Positions 1 to 17,400 of a stretch of 64,000 nucleotides of DNA are shown here, in pieces. The DNA is from the human T2T-CHM13v2.0 reference genome, Homo sapiens: NCBI RefSeq assembly GCF_009914755.1, contig NC_060928.1. One strand, written 5' to 3'. The notes beneath the pieces were generated by a model. That model was not told the DNA's origin and did no database searches. It was given only the letters and a program-made list of their open reading frames with translations. Within the stretch, counting starts at the first letter, position 1; each line of letters opens with the position of its first letter. A program made the translations under genes and the position numbers.

Positions 1-1639
1 CTGAGTGATGGAATGGGGACTAGATCAAACTCTAAAATCAAAGAGCATGCTCACAATAACCCATTAAGAGAACTAAAGGAAACAATATTCTCCAATCTAT
101 TCTCCTTGTGCACATTAAAATTAAAACAATGGTGTTGCATTTTTCAAACAGTTATGTACTGATATTATACCAAGATGCAAGCATGGGTGGATTCCTTAAT
201 TGTAATAGGTATAAGTAATATAATGCTAAAATGCAAATTTTGAATCCCATTCTGTCTTCCAACTATTATCTCTGCCAAATTCTTTCACAATTCTACATTA
301 ATACATATTACACATTTTGGAAAATTTAATATATAAGGCTACTGTTTGTATTATATTTGAAATTAGTTATGTTAGCCATTAATATTTACACTGTTTCACA
401 ATCCTAAAAATATCACTATCTTGTCTTACTAGAAAAAAATTGAAAATGGAGTCATTAAAAAAAAAGTGAAAAAAAAACCTCTCAAAGAGTAAAAAAATCT
501 AAAAGCTATGCCTTTAGGAGGAGGTGAAAATTAACTAGTGTCATCTCAAGTATGAACACACATGGCTTCTTCACACTTAATTAGAAAATTAGAAGCACTT
601 AAGCCAAAGCATTCAAAAGAACAATGTGTCAGAGTCAGAATTAGTTATAATCGGTTAGCTTGTGCTATTAACATTGCCTAGCTTCTTTTCTGAGTCTACA
701 CAGTAGATGTCTGTTTTTCTCTTTTTTTTTTCCCCAACATCTAATTTATCAAAAACTCAGCCCCAATAAAAGACATGGTTGTGTTACAGTGTTATATGAA
801 AGAAAAATACTTTGTTGGAGTTAGGGTTCCCCTAGTGACTAGTTAGTGAGCTTGAACAAGTGAAGTAAATTCCATGCGACTCAGTGAACCTCATATCTAT
901 AGTATGAAAAAAAAAACCATGGTACTTCTTTGTGTTCTTTTGTCACAGATTAATATTTTATTTTCTTACACATAAAATAAGTTTAGGAAATATTCATTTA
1001 ACCTGAAATATTAATTTAAAAAATGCATTTGGTATTACAGTTATCCATGTACTAATTTGCCTGAACCTAGAGAAAAGTGTAAAAAGTGTTTACAATTTTG
1101 AAAGTCCTAGTGGAAAGATTTTGTTTTTACTTAGTTTTATTTTATTTTACTTTTTTTGTAATTTTATTTTTTTCACACCACATAAATACAATGACACAGG
1201 ATACCATTTTTACAGGTGTGCATTGTATACTCTTAAATTATAAACTTTTAAATACATTTTAAATGATAGAAAAGTATATACAAACATAGATATACACAAC
1301 TTTCAATCTATAATTATTTGTTTTTAAGAGATTATATATATAATTAGAATTGGAAATATATATAATAATTCTATATCTCTATAATTCTTTTTTATATCTA
1401 TATAATTCTTATTCCTCATTACTTCAATAATTTCAATATAATTATTTCAATAACAATTAATTAACTATAGTTCAGGTATGTTGCCAAATACTGTTTGGTC
1501 CAAGAATAACCTTTGCAGTTTAAATCAACTAATTTTTGTCATCAAAGAAGTAAGAAAAATTGTATTTCCATGAATGATGTGTTATAATAACTATCTTAAT
1601 CATAATGATTTTAGTAATCAACAATGATAGATAATTATT

Positions 1640-1735
1640 CAATATGCACTAGACACTGTAGTAAGCACTTTTCGTGATTGTTTCTTCTTAATAACACTTC
1701 AAAGGTAAGTATTATCATCCTCAAACACACATAGT
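1640..1735 (-). mobile_element. Degenerate MIR fragment
   Basis: 'gcactagacactgtagtaagcacttt...aggtaagtattatcatcctca' resembles the antisense MIR core; boundaries approximate. Confidence 0.45.
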
Positions 1736-2057
1736 AGTTAAAGTATATATTTTGTCTTACACTCATTTATTTGTACCAGGCAGGGGAGGCTTCAGAATTG
1801 GTTTGTGATGGTGATGGGCTTCAGCATAACACCTCAAATTCACCAATTACTATAATTAAATATATACATTAACCATAAACAATGCATCTATCAAACAAGT
1901 ACAAAAATCTTAACTTGTCAATTGTGTCACTGAAGCCCACTTCTAAGTTACTACATAGAAATTCTCAACCTCCCATAGTGAGAAGATGTAATCCCAAGTG
2001 TTATTTCTCCACATCACTAAATTCCCAGATTAGCTAGCCTTTTGGATTCTTATAAAG

Positions 2058-2115
2058 GCACTGCAATCCAGCCTGGGTGATGGAGTGAGACTCCATCTCA
2101 AAAAAAAAAAAAAAA
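2058..2115 (+). mobile_element. Alu 3' terminal fragment (about 40 bp plus poly-A)
   Basis: 'gcactgcaatccagcctgggtgatggagtgagactccatctc' followed by an A-run at 2100-2115. Confidence 0.9.
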
Positions 2116-2199
2116 TTTCTTTCATTTTATTTTCCTTATACGCTTTACATATTCTGTTAGTCCAAGAAAGGAACTGCAGGTCTCAGTTACTTAAAGCAA

Positions 2200-2473
2200 A
2201 TCCCTGGCTGAGAGCTGGCAAGTAGGAAGACATCTCAATCATTCAACTGCAAGGACTTGAATTATTTGAATAACTTGGGTGAGCTTGGCAGATGAAGCTG
2301 GGTCCCAGAGGAGGACCTCAATCCTGGTCACCATCTTGATTAAAGACTTGTGATACCTGAAAAAAAAAAAATCTAGCTAACTTGTGTCTAGACCCCTAAC
2401 CCAGAAAAACTGTGAGAGAAATGTGTGTCTATGTTTGTGTTAATATTTTATGGAACAATGGAAAATAAATACA
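2200..2473 (+). mobile_element. MLT1-family (MaLR) LTR, 3' part
   Basis: Typical MLT1 motifs 'caactgcaaggacttgaatt', 'agacccctaacccagaaaaactgtgaga' and terminal 'caatggaaaataaataca'. Confidence 0.7.
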
Positions 2474-2795
2474 TTTAATTTAGTAGTTCAGCATTGATTT
2501 TATTTTTACAAACTGATCATTGTCTAGATATGTTAATTTTCTGGGTTAAAACTAAATTGTGAGTAGAATTAAAATATGCACCTCCTCCATATCTCTTTCG
2601 GTAAATATGAAGAGAGAGATGAAGAAAAAGAAATAGATACTGAAGCCATCCCTATAAGCTCTATAAAATTAATGAAAATGATGGTAGGGGAAAAACGAAA
2701 ATGAACTAAGCTTGCAGCACATTCAGCATTAATCGAGGTTAGCTTGCTCTCTTATCTGCTTCTTCATGGTTGTTCACTGCCTCTAGTCATAGACT

Positions 2796-3960
2796 TGATG
2801 GCAGCAAAGGCCCTTCTGGAGTGCCCACCACCATGATGTGGCCTAGGCTACGTGCTCAGTGGAGGTGGTGGGAGCCAGGAACAGGTGGAAGTTCCACTCC
2901 CTTCTGAGTTGGAGTGGTGGGAGCCCCATCCTCCTAGGTACAGCTGCAGCTGCCCAGCCTCAGCTGCAGACCCAGATATCCCTGCACTCTTGGGGACCCA
3001 GGAAAAACCCTGCCCCAATAGGCTCAGAAGTGCCTGCTCCCACTGCCTGGTCTGTCCCCACTCCTTGTGCCTGCTCCGATTTAGGGGCAAAGTGGAGGCC
3101 AGGCACTGTTGTGTTGACACACCAGTCCCCTGCCACCTCAGCCCCCTCTGGACTTGGGCACCTACAAGCACTGGAGGGAGATCAAGGGAGTTCTGAGGGC
3201 AGCTTGGCATGGGCCTGCAGGCACCCCTCAGCATGAACAGCCTTGGCACCATGGACAGTAGGTTGATGGTGGTGGGAGGCTGATAGGCTCCTGTGCTGAA
3301 AGGGGTGGGTCTCTGGTGAAGCCCCACATTCAGGCCACGGGGTCGGGTGGCCAGTTCCATGGACTGAAGTGAGAACTTACGGTGCTTTCTCCAGGACCAT
3401 CCATGGCCACCAACGGGTTAATCAGCATGCACTTCCTCCCCTCTGAAGCCCATAAAACCCCCTGGTTTTATGATTTCAGCAGCGATGATAGGACAACCTC
3501 TCTGCAGAGAAGAGCTACACACTGTGGGTCTCCTCTCAGCTGAGAGCTGAGCAAATGTCAGGACAACCTGTCTGCATATAGGATCTACCGACTGTGGGTC
3601 TCCTCTCAGCTGAGAGCTGAGCAGACATCAGGATGATCTGCTTGGAGAAAGGAGCTACCCACCCCGGGTCACCTCTCCACTGAGGGCTGCACAGACATCA
3701 GTATGACCTGCCTGCAGACAGGAGCTAGCCACTTCAAGTCTCCTGAGAGCTGTTCTGTTGCTCAATAAAGCACCTCTTTACTTTACTCACCCTTCAGCTG
3801 TTCGCAAACCTCATTCTTCCTGGACCTGCCGAATGGTGGGACTGAAAGATCAGTAACACAAACACGGCTGAAACATGCTCCTTGTTAGCCAGGCTGTGGG
3901 TGACGAAAAGGAGAGAAGAGAGAGAAGAGCTGCAGCACTTCAGCGAGCTCAGACCTAGGA
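2796..3960 (+). mobile_element. MER52-family (MER52/LTR27/LTR28 group) ERV1 LTR, 3' end missing
   Basis: GC-rich block starting 'tgatggcagcaaaggcccttctggagtg', internal 70-bp repeats, AATAAA at 3764, stops at 'agacctagga'. Confidence 0.8.
3491..3752 (+). repeat. 70-bp tandem array (about 3.7 copies) inside the MER52-type LTR
   Basis: Units start at 3491, 3561, 3631 and 3701 (ggacaacc/ggacaacc/ggatgatc/gtatgacc ... gggtctcctctcagctgagagctg). Confidence 0.9.
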
Positions 3961-4051
3961 TTATTGATGTCAGCTGATCTGAAGAACCCCACTGACACCA
4001 GCTGTTCTGAAGGACCCCACAAGGAGCTGATTCATTAAAAATGAAGATTCT

Positions 4052-4321
4052 GGCCAAGTGCGGTGGGTCACGCTTGTAATCCCAGCACTTTGGGAGACCG
4101 AGGCGGGTGGAACACGAGGTGAGGAGTTTGAGAGCAGCCTGGCCAACACAGAGAAACCCCGTCTCTACTAAAAATACAAACATTAGCTGGGTATAGTGGC
4201 GGGCACCTGTAATCCCAGCTATTTGGGAAGCTGAGGCAGGAGAACAGCTTGAATCCGGGAGGCAACTGAAATTGCAGCATTTAACTCCAGCCTGGGTGAC
4301 AGAGCTAGATTCTGTCTCCAA

Positions 4322-4361
<40 letters not shown>

Positions 4362-4363
4362 TA
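4052..4363 (+). mobile_element. AluS (Sg-like) with A-tail grading into (AT)n
   Basis: Full dimeric Alu from 'ggccaagtgcggtgg'; poly-A 4320-4339, then (AT)n to 4363. Confidence 0.95.
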
Positions 4364-4984
4364 TGGTTTCCACGTCCTGATGATATCATCCCTTTTACCT
4401 CAACCAATCAATGATCTCAGTTTTCCAGCCCCTCATCCTCCATGATCCCCTTAAAAATCGCAGCCCAGAACTCCTCAGGGCAATTGATCTTTCTCTGCTG
4501 TAAACACTTCTGTCTCAGTATTTTGATCCATTACTGTGCAGTGGGCATACAAACCTGTCGGTTTTATAACAAGACAAGAGAGTAAAGCAAATATATAGTA
4601 TTCTGATACTTGAACATAACTGTAGGCTCAATTAATTTGAAAGATTAGTGGAGCTTGAGTCAGGAAGGGATCTTTCTTGGTTCTTCACCATTAGAAACTT
4701 GTTGAGTTTCTGAAAGTAAAACCCCAAGAAGTATGGAAGTCACTGTAAGACTGTTACCCTCAAGGGCTTCTTACTTTCACTATAACCTACACTCAGTCCC
4801 CAGCAATTCAAGGGAACCAAAATTTTTTAATTTTTATATGCAGCATTTTTCTCCTTTGTAAATCCACTATCAAACAATTTTAGATTAATTTATAGATTTT
4901 TACCTACAGAACTTATCATTTTTGATGCATAAAATGCAATTTATATGTAAATGAGTTACAAATTAAAGTTTTCTGGTTTACATA

Positions 4985-5610
4985 AACTTATTTTGGAATA
5001 GATATAGGCTTAGGGACAAAATGTGATGACACTAAGGTGTCACCATATACCCTGCACCCAGTTTCCCCTATTATTTACATCTTACACTAGTGTTGTATGT
5101 TTGTTACAATTAATGAACCAATATAGATTCATTATTAAAGTTTACATATTCTTCAGATTTTCTTGGTTTTTCTTAGTTTCTAACTAACATCCTTTTTATC
5201 TTCCATTATCCCATCCAGAGTCCCACATCACATGTAATGATGATGTCTCCTTACATTCCTTTGGCTGTGTAGTCTAGGTGTTCTTTGTTTGATGATATTG
5301 ACAATTTTGAGGAGTAAAGTTCAAAATAAAGCTTTTCAAAGTAAAACTGTTTTTTAGAATGTCTATCAATTAGGATTTCTTTGATGTTTCTCTCATGATT
5401 AGACTGGTATTATGCATTTTTGAGAGGAAGACTACAAAGATTAAATGCCATTTCATCACATCATTTCAAAGGTACTATCAACATGACTTATCACTACTGA
5501 TGTTCACTTTTATTACCTAACCTCAGTAGTGTTTTTCAAGCTTCTCCACTGTAGTTAACATTTTTACCCAATTATCCATACTGTACTTTTTGGATGGATG
5601 TTACTATGCA
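4985..5610 (-). mobile_element. Old L1 (L1MC-class) 3' UTR fragment
   Basis: 'ccctgcacccagtttcccct', 'ctcatgattagactgg', 'tatcaacatgacttatcact' match antisense L1MC 3' end motifs. Confidence 0.7.
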
Positions 5611-6545
5611 AATACAGGAAATAAAATTTAAAAGTAGATAAGTTGAGTTTCATAAAAATTTAAAACTTTTTCTTGCTATAAATGGCACTTCAAAAAAGTA
5701 AAAATGCAACTCAGAACAGGAGAAAGTATTTGCAAATCATATACCTGATAAGAGACTAATATACCTAATATGTAAAGAACATGTACAATGCAATAATAGA
5801 AAGACAACCAATTAAAAATAGGAGATAGAAATTAAAACCACTATAAGATATGATTTTTACATAAACTTGAAAAGCTAAAATAAAAAAGAGATAATAACAA
5901 GTTTTGATGAGTATGTGAAAAATTGGAACCCTCATTCATTGCTAGTTGGAATATAAAATGGTACAGTAAATTTGGAAAACTTGTACTATTTCTGAAAATG
6001 TTAAACATACTCTTACCATATTACCCAGTAATTTCACACCTTGGTATATACCAAAGAGAAACAAAAACATATATCTACACAGAAACTTGTATATGAATGT
6101 GGAGAGCAGCATTTTTCACAATACCTATAAAGTGGCAGCAACCTAATTGTCCATTAAATGATGAATGGATAAACAAATGTGCTATATTCATACAATGAAA
6201 TGTGATTTAGCTATGAAAACTAATGAAGTACTGATTCATGCTGCAATACAGAAAGATCTTGAAAACATTAGGTTAAAAAAGCCAATCACAAAAACTTATG
6301 AAACATCCAGAGTAGGCAGATATACAGAGACAGAAAGTAAGCTAGCAGTGTTTTTTGGGGGATAGGGTATGGGGACTAACTACTAGTAGGCATCAGTGTT
6401 TTCTTTTTTGAAATGATAAAATTCTAAAATTAAATTGTGTTGAAGATTGCCAAATTTTTTGAATATGCTAAAATATTTAATATTTAGTTATATACTTAAA
6501 TCAGTAAGTTTGTAACATTTGAATTATGCCTCAATATAGCTATTT
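5611..6545 (+). mobile_element. Old L1 (L1MB/ME-class) ORF2 C-terminal region and 3' UTR
   Basis: 'gagaaagtatttgcaaatcatatacctgataagagact', 'tgaatggataaacaaatgtg', terminal 'gaattatgcctcaatatagct'. Confidence 0.8.
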
Positions 6546-6604
6546 ACACAAGAAAAAAGAAGTAAGGATGAAGGGACAAAACAAAGACAGAAGGAAGAAA
6601 GGCT

Positions 6605-6830
6605 GCTTCTTGAGCACACAATATGAGCCAGATATGATGCTGGATGTTTCCCCCAACAGTCATAATGCTCATGACAAACAATAGGTTTTGCTACCTTTCA
6701 TTTATGCAAAAGAAGATTGAGTCTTAGAGAAGTTAAATGACTTTCTAAAGGCTACTAGATGGCATATGATAAAATCGTGATTCATACTAAGGTCCAATGA
6801 GTAACAAAACCCATGATTGTTCAATCACAC
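6605..6830 (-). mobile_element. MIR
   Basis: Core 'gattgagtcttagagaagttaaatgactttctaaagg'. Confidence 0.65.
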
Positions 6831-6881
6831 AGGTGCATGAATTATTTCACCAACATAAACTGAGTATAAAGAAATTCACTT

Positions 6882-7130
6882 GGCTGGGCACGGTGGCTCA
6901 CACCTGTAATCCTAGCACTTTGGGAGGCTGAGGCAGGTGGATCACCTGAGGTCAGGATTTCCAGACCAGCCTGGCCAACATGGTGAAACCCCGTCTCTAC
7001 TAAAAATACAAAAATTAGCTGGGTGTGGTGACAGACATCTGTAATCCCAGCTACTCGGGAGCCTGAATGCAGGAGGCAGAGACTGCAGTGGGCCGAAATT
7101 GTGCCATTGCACTCCAGCCTGGAAGACAAA
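6882..7130 (+). mobile_element. AluS (Sx-like) with internal deletion in right arm and no poly-A tail
   Basis: 'ggctgggcacggtggctcacacc...cacctgaggtcagg'; ends abruptly at 'actccagcctggaagacaaa'. Confidence 0.93.
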
Positions 7131-7617
7131 TTTGATACATCGAAAAGTTTTATTCAATAAGTAAAAATGTTGGGAGATGAAAGGAAGTATTGAAACAGCA
7201 GATAATGTAGATACATTTTTAAAAAATATTTGATTTGTAGAATGCATAATGATCATTTTGCTTCGTTTACTCCGAGTAAAAAATAAGCAAATGATTTTGT
7301 GGGACTACGTGAACTCCTACTGATTCTGAGAATTACAGTTATCAAGAAATACTCATTTCAACTTCAGAAACATGTTAGTGGTGTCAGACAAGACCTTGAA
7401 AATATTATTTTGATTTCAACTTCTGTAAGAAAGTAAAAATATAGAGAATATTGAACATTTGAAAGTGGGTGTAATTATTTTTATAATTAAATAAATAAAA
7501 AATACTGTTTTTTAAAAAAGCTTTGTTAGCCTTAAAACACATATGAATGAAAAGTGATACTATTGTTAGCACACCAGGTTTTAAATAATTATTAACTGAA
7601 TACAATTTCTTAAAATA

Positions 7618-11460
<3,843 letters not shown>

Positions 11461-12426
11461 TTCTTAAAATAAATGTTGATACTTTTTTCACTGACTTTGC
11501 CTTAAAACTTACTTTTCTTGCTAACTCACTTTTCTCCCTAATGTATCTTCCACATCCTATTAAAGATAAAAATAAATATTCAAACTGATTAGTCATTATA
11601 ACATATAGCAACTGTAGTAATTTTCCTTAATTAAAATATAGAACTCTTTGAAATACAGGTGCTTGGGCTTGGCTAGATTAACAAGGAGTTAATTTAAGAG
11701 AACATCTGGTTGTTTGTAACTGCCTAGGGTGGTAAGAAAGAAATCCAGATGCTTACATAAGTCATCTCCACATTTCTCTCTAGTTTACAACAAAAACATT
11801 TTCACAGTAGATATAGTAAGCAAAAATTTAATGCTATTTGGGCTTACATATGCCTAACAGAAATATATGTATACATATTCTTCCAAATTTCTTAAACCAG
11901 GAGTGTGCATGAACCTACTCGATATGCATGTATGTATGTATGTACGTGTTCTTACTACAACTCTGAACTATATTTGTTACAGCTACTTTGACCACCATAG
12001 AAAGATACATTGGTAGGAAGAATTCTAAGACTGTCCCCATGTTTCCACTCTCTGTCATGAATGTTCTGCATTATCAATCCCCTCCCTTCTGAGTGTGGCT
12101 ATGCATTGTGGATATGATAGATGCCACTGTCATAATAGGTTACATTAAATGACAGATATGAAATAATTTTGTAGATGTAAATCTCCCAATCAGTTGACTT
12201 TAATTTAATCAAAAGGTAAATTATCTTGGCTGGGCCTGACCTAATCAGCTGAGCCCTTTATAAGACTCAGAGCTGCAGAGAAGCAATTCTCTTGGCCTTG
12301 AAGAAATAAGTTGTCAAGATTTATACATCTGCAAGAAAATGAATTCTGCTTTCAAACACATGAGCTGGGAAGAGGACCCTGAGCCTCAGGTGAGGTCACA
12401 GACCCAGTGGCAGATAACTTTGCATT

Positions 12427-12640
12427 TGTTTCCCTTCCTTTCTACCTCTCTCTTTGCTTTTTTCTTTCTTTCTTTTTCTTTCTTTCTTTTCTTTTTCTTT
12501 CCTTTTTCTTTCCTTTCTTTCTCTCTCTCTTTCTTTCTCTGTCTTCTTTCTTTCTTTCTTTCTTTCTTTCTCTTTCTTTCTTTCTTTCTCTTTCTTTCTT
12601 TCTTTCTTTCCTTCTTCCTTTTTTTTCTTTCTTCTTTTTT
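12427..12640. repeat. (TTTC)n / polypyrimidine microsatellite derived from the Alu tail
   Basis: About 210 bp almost purely C/T, abutting an antisense Alu. Confidence 0.95.
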
Positions 12641-12945
12641 GACAGAAGAAAAAAAGTCTTCTTTTTCTCTCTCTCTCCCAGGCTGGAGTGGTACAGTGGT
12701 GTGAGCTTGGCTTCCTTCAGCATTGACTTCCCCCAGCTCAGGTGATACCTCCCATGTCAGTATCCTGAGTATCTGGGACTACAGGCAGGCACTACCATGC
12801 CCAGCTAATTTTTATATTTTTTTTTGTAGAGTCAGGGTTTTTGTTATGTTGTCCATGTTGGTTTTGAACTCCTGAGCTCAAGTGATCTTCCTGCCTCAGC
12901 CTCCCAAAGTGCTGGGACTACAGGCATGAGTCACCATGCCCTGCC
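12635..12945 (-). mobile_element. AluJ
   Basis: Antisense Alu with J-type 'ctcctgagctcaagtgatcttcctgcctc'; decayed TSD gataactttg/gacacctttg. Confidence 0.9.
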
Positions 12946-15479
12946 GACACCTTTGATATGTCTATGTCAGATACTGAGCAGAAGACACAAATAAACTGTG
13001 CTGTGATTCCTGTCCTTTGGTAACTGTGTGATAATAAGCATATGCTGTTGCAAGCTGCTAAATTTGTGGAAATTTTGTTGCACAGTGGTGGGAAAATAAT
13101 AATAATAGCAGTGGGAATAATAATGGAGTATGTATATCACAAGGCCTTGCATTTACTAGTATTTTATACATGGTAGGCATTAACTAAAACTCATATTAAT
13201 AATTTCAGTTTTATAAACTAAAATTAATTTCAAAAGCCTTCCATAATATCAAAGATTGTTTTCTGTCCTCACATTAGCAAATGGTTCATTAGTAGAAACT
13301 TTTTAATGTGGCAGCCGCAGGTTAACCTAAAGCATACTTGTTCCCAGCTAAACTTGATTGAAGTTATATCCTTGAATATAAAAGATGCTTACTATAGACA
13401 GGCAGAGTAAGAAAGAGGATTATTATAATACATTGAAAAATAAAACAGATTTATAGTATAACCAATTGAAGTTTAGCTTCTAAAGCTAGGAATATTTTCT
13501 GAGTTAACTGGGCTTGTGAGGCATAGGTGAAATGTGGCTTACAAAATAAAAAGGGTTTCTTTTTCAGGAAATATAATTGCAGAGGAAGATCTAGCAGGAA
13601 GCAGTGTGAAAGGATGTAATTTTCTATAAGCATTATTTATTTACATTTGCAATAATACTTGAGAAATTCAGAAACTGTTTTCTAAAGGAGGAATAGAATA
13701 AACAAAAAAGCTTTATTTAATTGTGTTCTGATTTTTTTCTTTTGAGAAATGGAAAGGTAAATGGGCAAGAATTTCTTTCGATCATTAAAAACATCTTGCC
13801 GTAGTACTAACAAGTATTATGGTTATTTATTAAAAGTAGAAATATGGGATGACACAAAGGGACACGAATAACAACTTGTAGCATCTTTTCATAAAAAATG
13901 AATCATGGTCATAGGAATAGCAAGTATTCAGAAGACCAAATACATCAGAAATAAGGTACAGAATATATTATCTGAGAGAAGTTTAGAAACATCCATCCCC
14001 ACTGGCAAAATAAAGGGAAAGAAAGAAGCAAGACAGTCATCACTTGTATATAATTGGAAAACAAATAGAGGAGTCATGTTATGTTGAATACCCATTAAAT
14101 ATTGCAAATAGTATTGAAATGTTTAAGAAATGCGATGAATAACCAATGAGTTTATTTTACTCATCATTACCAAAATGCTATATAATAATATGAAGTTCAT
14201 AATACAGAGTGTGTACTTCATTTACCAAATCTCTGTTTGTGTCTAAACCTTTATAAAGAAATATACTTTGTCTTTGTAGGTAATTTACCAAGGTTTCATT
14301 TTTTCTATCCATCACCCTAGTTAATACATATTCTAACAACTCAAGTGATAAACCTTTGTAATTCATCAAGCATAATGTATTTAATTCATTTACTTTTAAT
14401 TAGAATTGCTTTTTCAACAAAAAGATAAGAGAAACCTAAACAGGAGACTCAGTTCAACTTAACACCAAAATCTATTAATTTGCTCATTAGATTTCCTAGG
14501 TAGGGGTTAAAAATATCATTACCTGTGTTTCATAACATTTTTCATTAGGGATTTAAAATTAGCCTTAGGACTCTATGCATAAAAAGTTGTAAATTTTCCA
14601 AAAAAAGTTCTTCTTTGTTCCCTGTAAATGTTTCTTTATTCTTGTGCTTTCCCCTAGTCTCGGTTCCACAACATTCATGTGGGATTCCCTCAGGATGAAG
14701 GCAACACTTGAGTATTATCCTGCAATAACCATTTCTCCTTGACACTCTCCCAGTTACTCTTTCATTAGTTTACATTGATCTTCTTGAATTTTTTCCTCTC
14801 AAGTATGTCTCACGTTTGGAACTATATTCTATTGATTCTTAAGGGTATGTTCCCAGCGAATATAGTGAGAGACATTTAATTTGCAATTTTAAAAGAATAC
14901 TTCTCTCTTCTTCCCACCCGCAGCCCAAAATGCATCTTTCTCATAGAAGAGAGGAAAAATAGAACAGAGCCACAATACTACATTACTTCTACCAGATTTA
15001 ATAATCAAATAACTCAACCCTCCTCTCTTGAAAAAGAGTAAGTTAAGAATTGTGTTTCTAAATCCTAAACTCCATTCACACAGATTGCTGAAGGCAGAGA
15101 AAGAAAGTTCCCAAAATTGGGGTGGGGAGACTCCAGGACAACATTTACGTAATACATCTTACTAGATATCTCTACAATTTTCCTAAGAGAAGGGTTTAGG
15201 GTTGAATGTTGTTGAAGAAATCTAAAGGCCATTCTTTACATGAACTTATCCACAGGATAATTAAAAAACAAAAAATTTTGGAATAAAGTCTAAATACTCT
15301 CATGCACACAAAAACCTGAGAACAAAAGTAAACCGTTGATTCTAGTTGTGAAGTATTCAAAATTGAAAGCTAACCTTTTTTTTTTTTAGATTCAACTTAA
15401 TAGCACTTATTTTATTTCATAAAAAAGATTACTTATTTTAATTTGCTATCATAGATTATAAATTAAAGTCTGATTTTTG

Positions 15480-15784
15480 TTTCTTTATTTGTTTGTGTGT
15501 TTGTTTTTGAGATGGAGTCTCGCTCTGTCCCAGGCTGGAGTGCAGTGATGCAATCTTGGCTCACTGCAACCTCTGCCTCCGGGTTCAAGTGATTCTCCTA
15601 CCTCAGCCCCCAAGTAGTTGGGATTACAGAAGCACAACACCACGCCCAGCTAATTTTTGTATTTTTAGTAGAGATGGAGTTTTACCATGTTGGCCAGAAT
15701 GGTCTCAATCTCTTGACCTTGTGATCCACCCACCTCAGCCTCCGAAAGTGCTGAGATTACAGGCGTGAGCCACTGCGCCCGGCC
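15480..15784 (-). mobile_element. AluS (Sc-like)
   Basis: Full antisense Alu ending 'cactgcgcccggcc'; tail decayed to (TTTG)-like repeat. Confidence 0.95.
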
Positions 15785-15964
15785 CCTTCCTGATATTTCA
15801 TTTAACTTTGAACAGTGATGCCTACATATGCAGTGGTATGTCCACTGTGGCACATTATACACAGTTATATTCTTCCATTCCCAATATCTCTATTAGGGAA
15901 ATAGAAATGTTCTACTATGCTCCTAGTAGTATTCCTCTTTCACCTACATAATCACTCAACACTA

Positions 15965-16796
<832 letters not shown>

Positions 16797-16899
16797 AGTC
16801 ATTCTGCTTACCTGGATAATCCATTGATGGGGTTGGATGCCACAAAAACAAGCAAGGACTACATAGGCATTAAATCTGAAGCTGTTGAAATGTTCCGCT

Positions 16900-17400
16900 T
16901 TGCGCTCACTGGTTACCATATGTTATACCTATCATCTACGTGTCTTTTCACATCCACCCTGCACATTTCTCCACTTTTCTCCTGCTGTCTGCACTGGAAG
17001 AATGACCTGCATAGATTACACAGACAAATCCCCTGCCTTCTGCTTTAGATTAGCTTGGGCCAATGGTATGCCCAGAGGTAGAAGGGAAGACAAAAAGTGA
17101 GATCATGGTAATTGTTTTTCTAGCTCCCTATTTGAGGGGATGCCTCCACTGACTGTGTCTCTCCCTTGAAGGTCATTGCCCTCTCAAAGCTTTCTTCTCC
17201 CCTGGACACTCTCCTTCAAGTTTCTAGGAACCATCACTCTGTGTTCCCTGCCCCAGATTATTGTATTCTTTCTTACATCCAACGAACACCCTTGGGTTCT
17301 TTCATACCCAACTACACCTTTCTAAAGAGTCCCTTTTTAAAGACTCCTAGAATTATCCTAATTTTAACATGCCATCTATTTTATATAGACATCCAGACAT
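16900..17400 (+). mobile_element. LTR33-like ERVL LTR
   Basis: 'atgacctgcatagattacac...ttgggccaatgg...gaaggtcattgc...acacctttctaaagagtccctttttaaa...gccatctattt'. Confidence 0.7.

Larger units (their letters stand above)
2641..4571 (+). mobile_element. ERV1 solo LTR (LTR26-like), interrupted by a MER52-type LTR and an Alu
   Basis: Begins TG ('tgaagccatccctataagctctataaaattaat...aagcttgcagcacattcagcattaatc'), resumes near 3961 and 4364, ends 'gggcatacaaacctgtcggttttataaca'; flanks atac/agac fit a decayed 4-bp TSD. Confidence 0.7.
12010..13100 (+). mobile_element. MLT1E-like MaLR LTR interrupted by an Alu
   Basis: 'tggtaggaagaattctaaga...ctgggcctgacctaatcag...gaggaccctgagcctcagg', resumes at 12946 and ends 'aagctgctaaatttgtgg...gaaaataata'. 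Confidence 0.8.

Noticed and set aside
2848-3360. Overlapping 114-170 aa ORFs
   Set aside because: They lie within the GC-rich MER52-type LTR, where stops are rare; no recognisable domain.
3491-3752. Regularly spaced repeat resembling a CRISPR array
   Set aside because: Units are contiguous tandem copies without unique spacers, in a eukaryotic LTR, with no cas genes.
3794-4321. 175-aa minus-strand ORF and similar Alu-like ORFs elsewhere (6842, 15556, 22620, 52380, 52743)
   Set aside because: Translations of Alu sequence, not host genes.
12339-12745. Phe/Ser/Leu-rich and Lys/Glu/Arg-rich ORFs
   Set aside because: Read-through of the (TTTC)n microsatellite.
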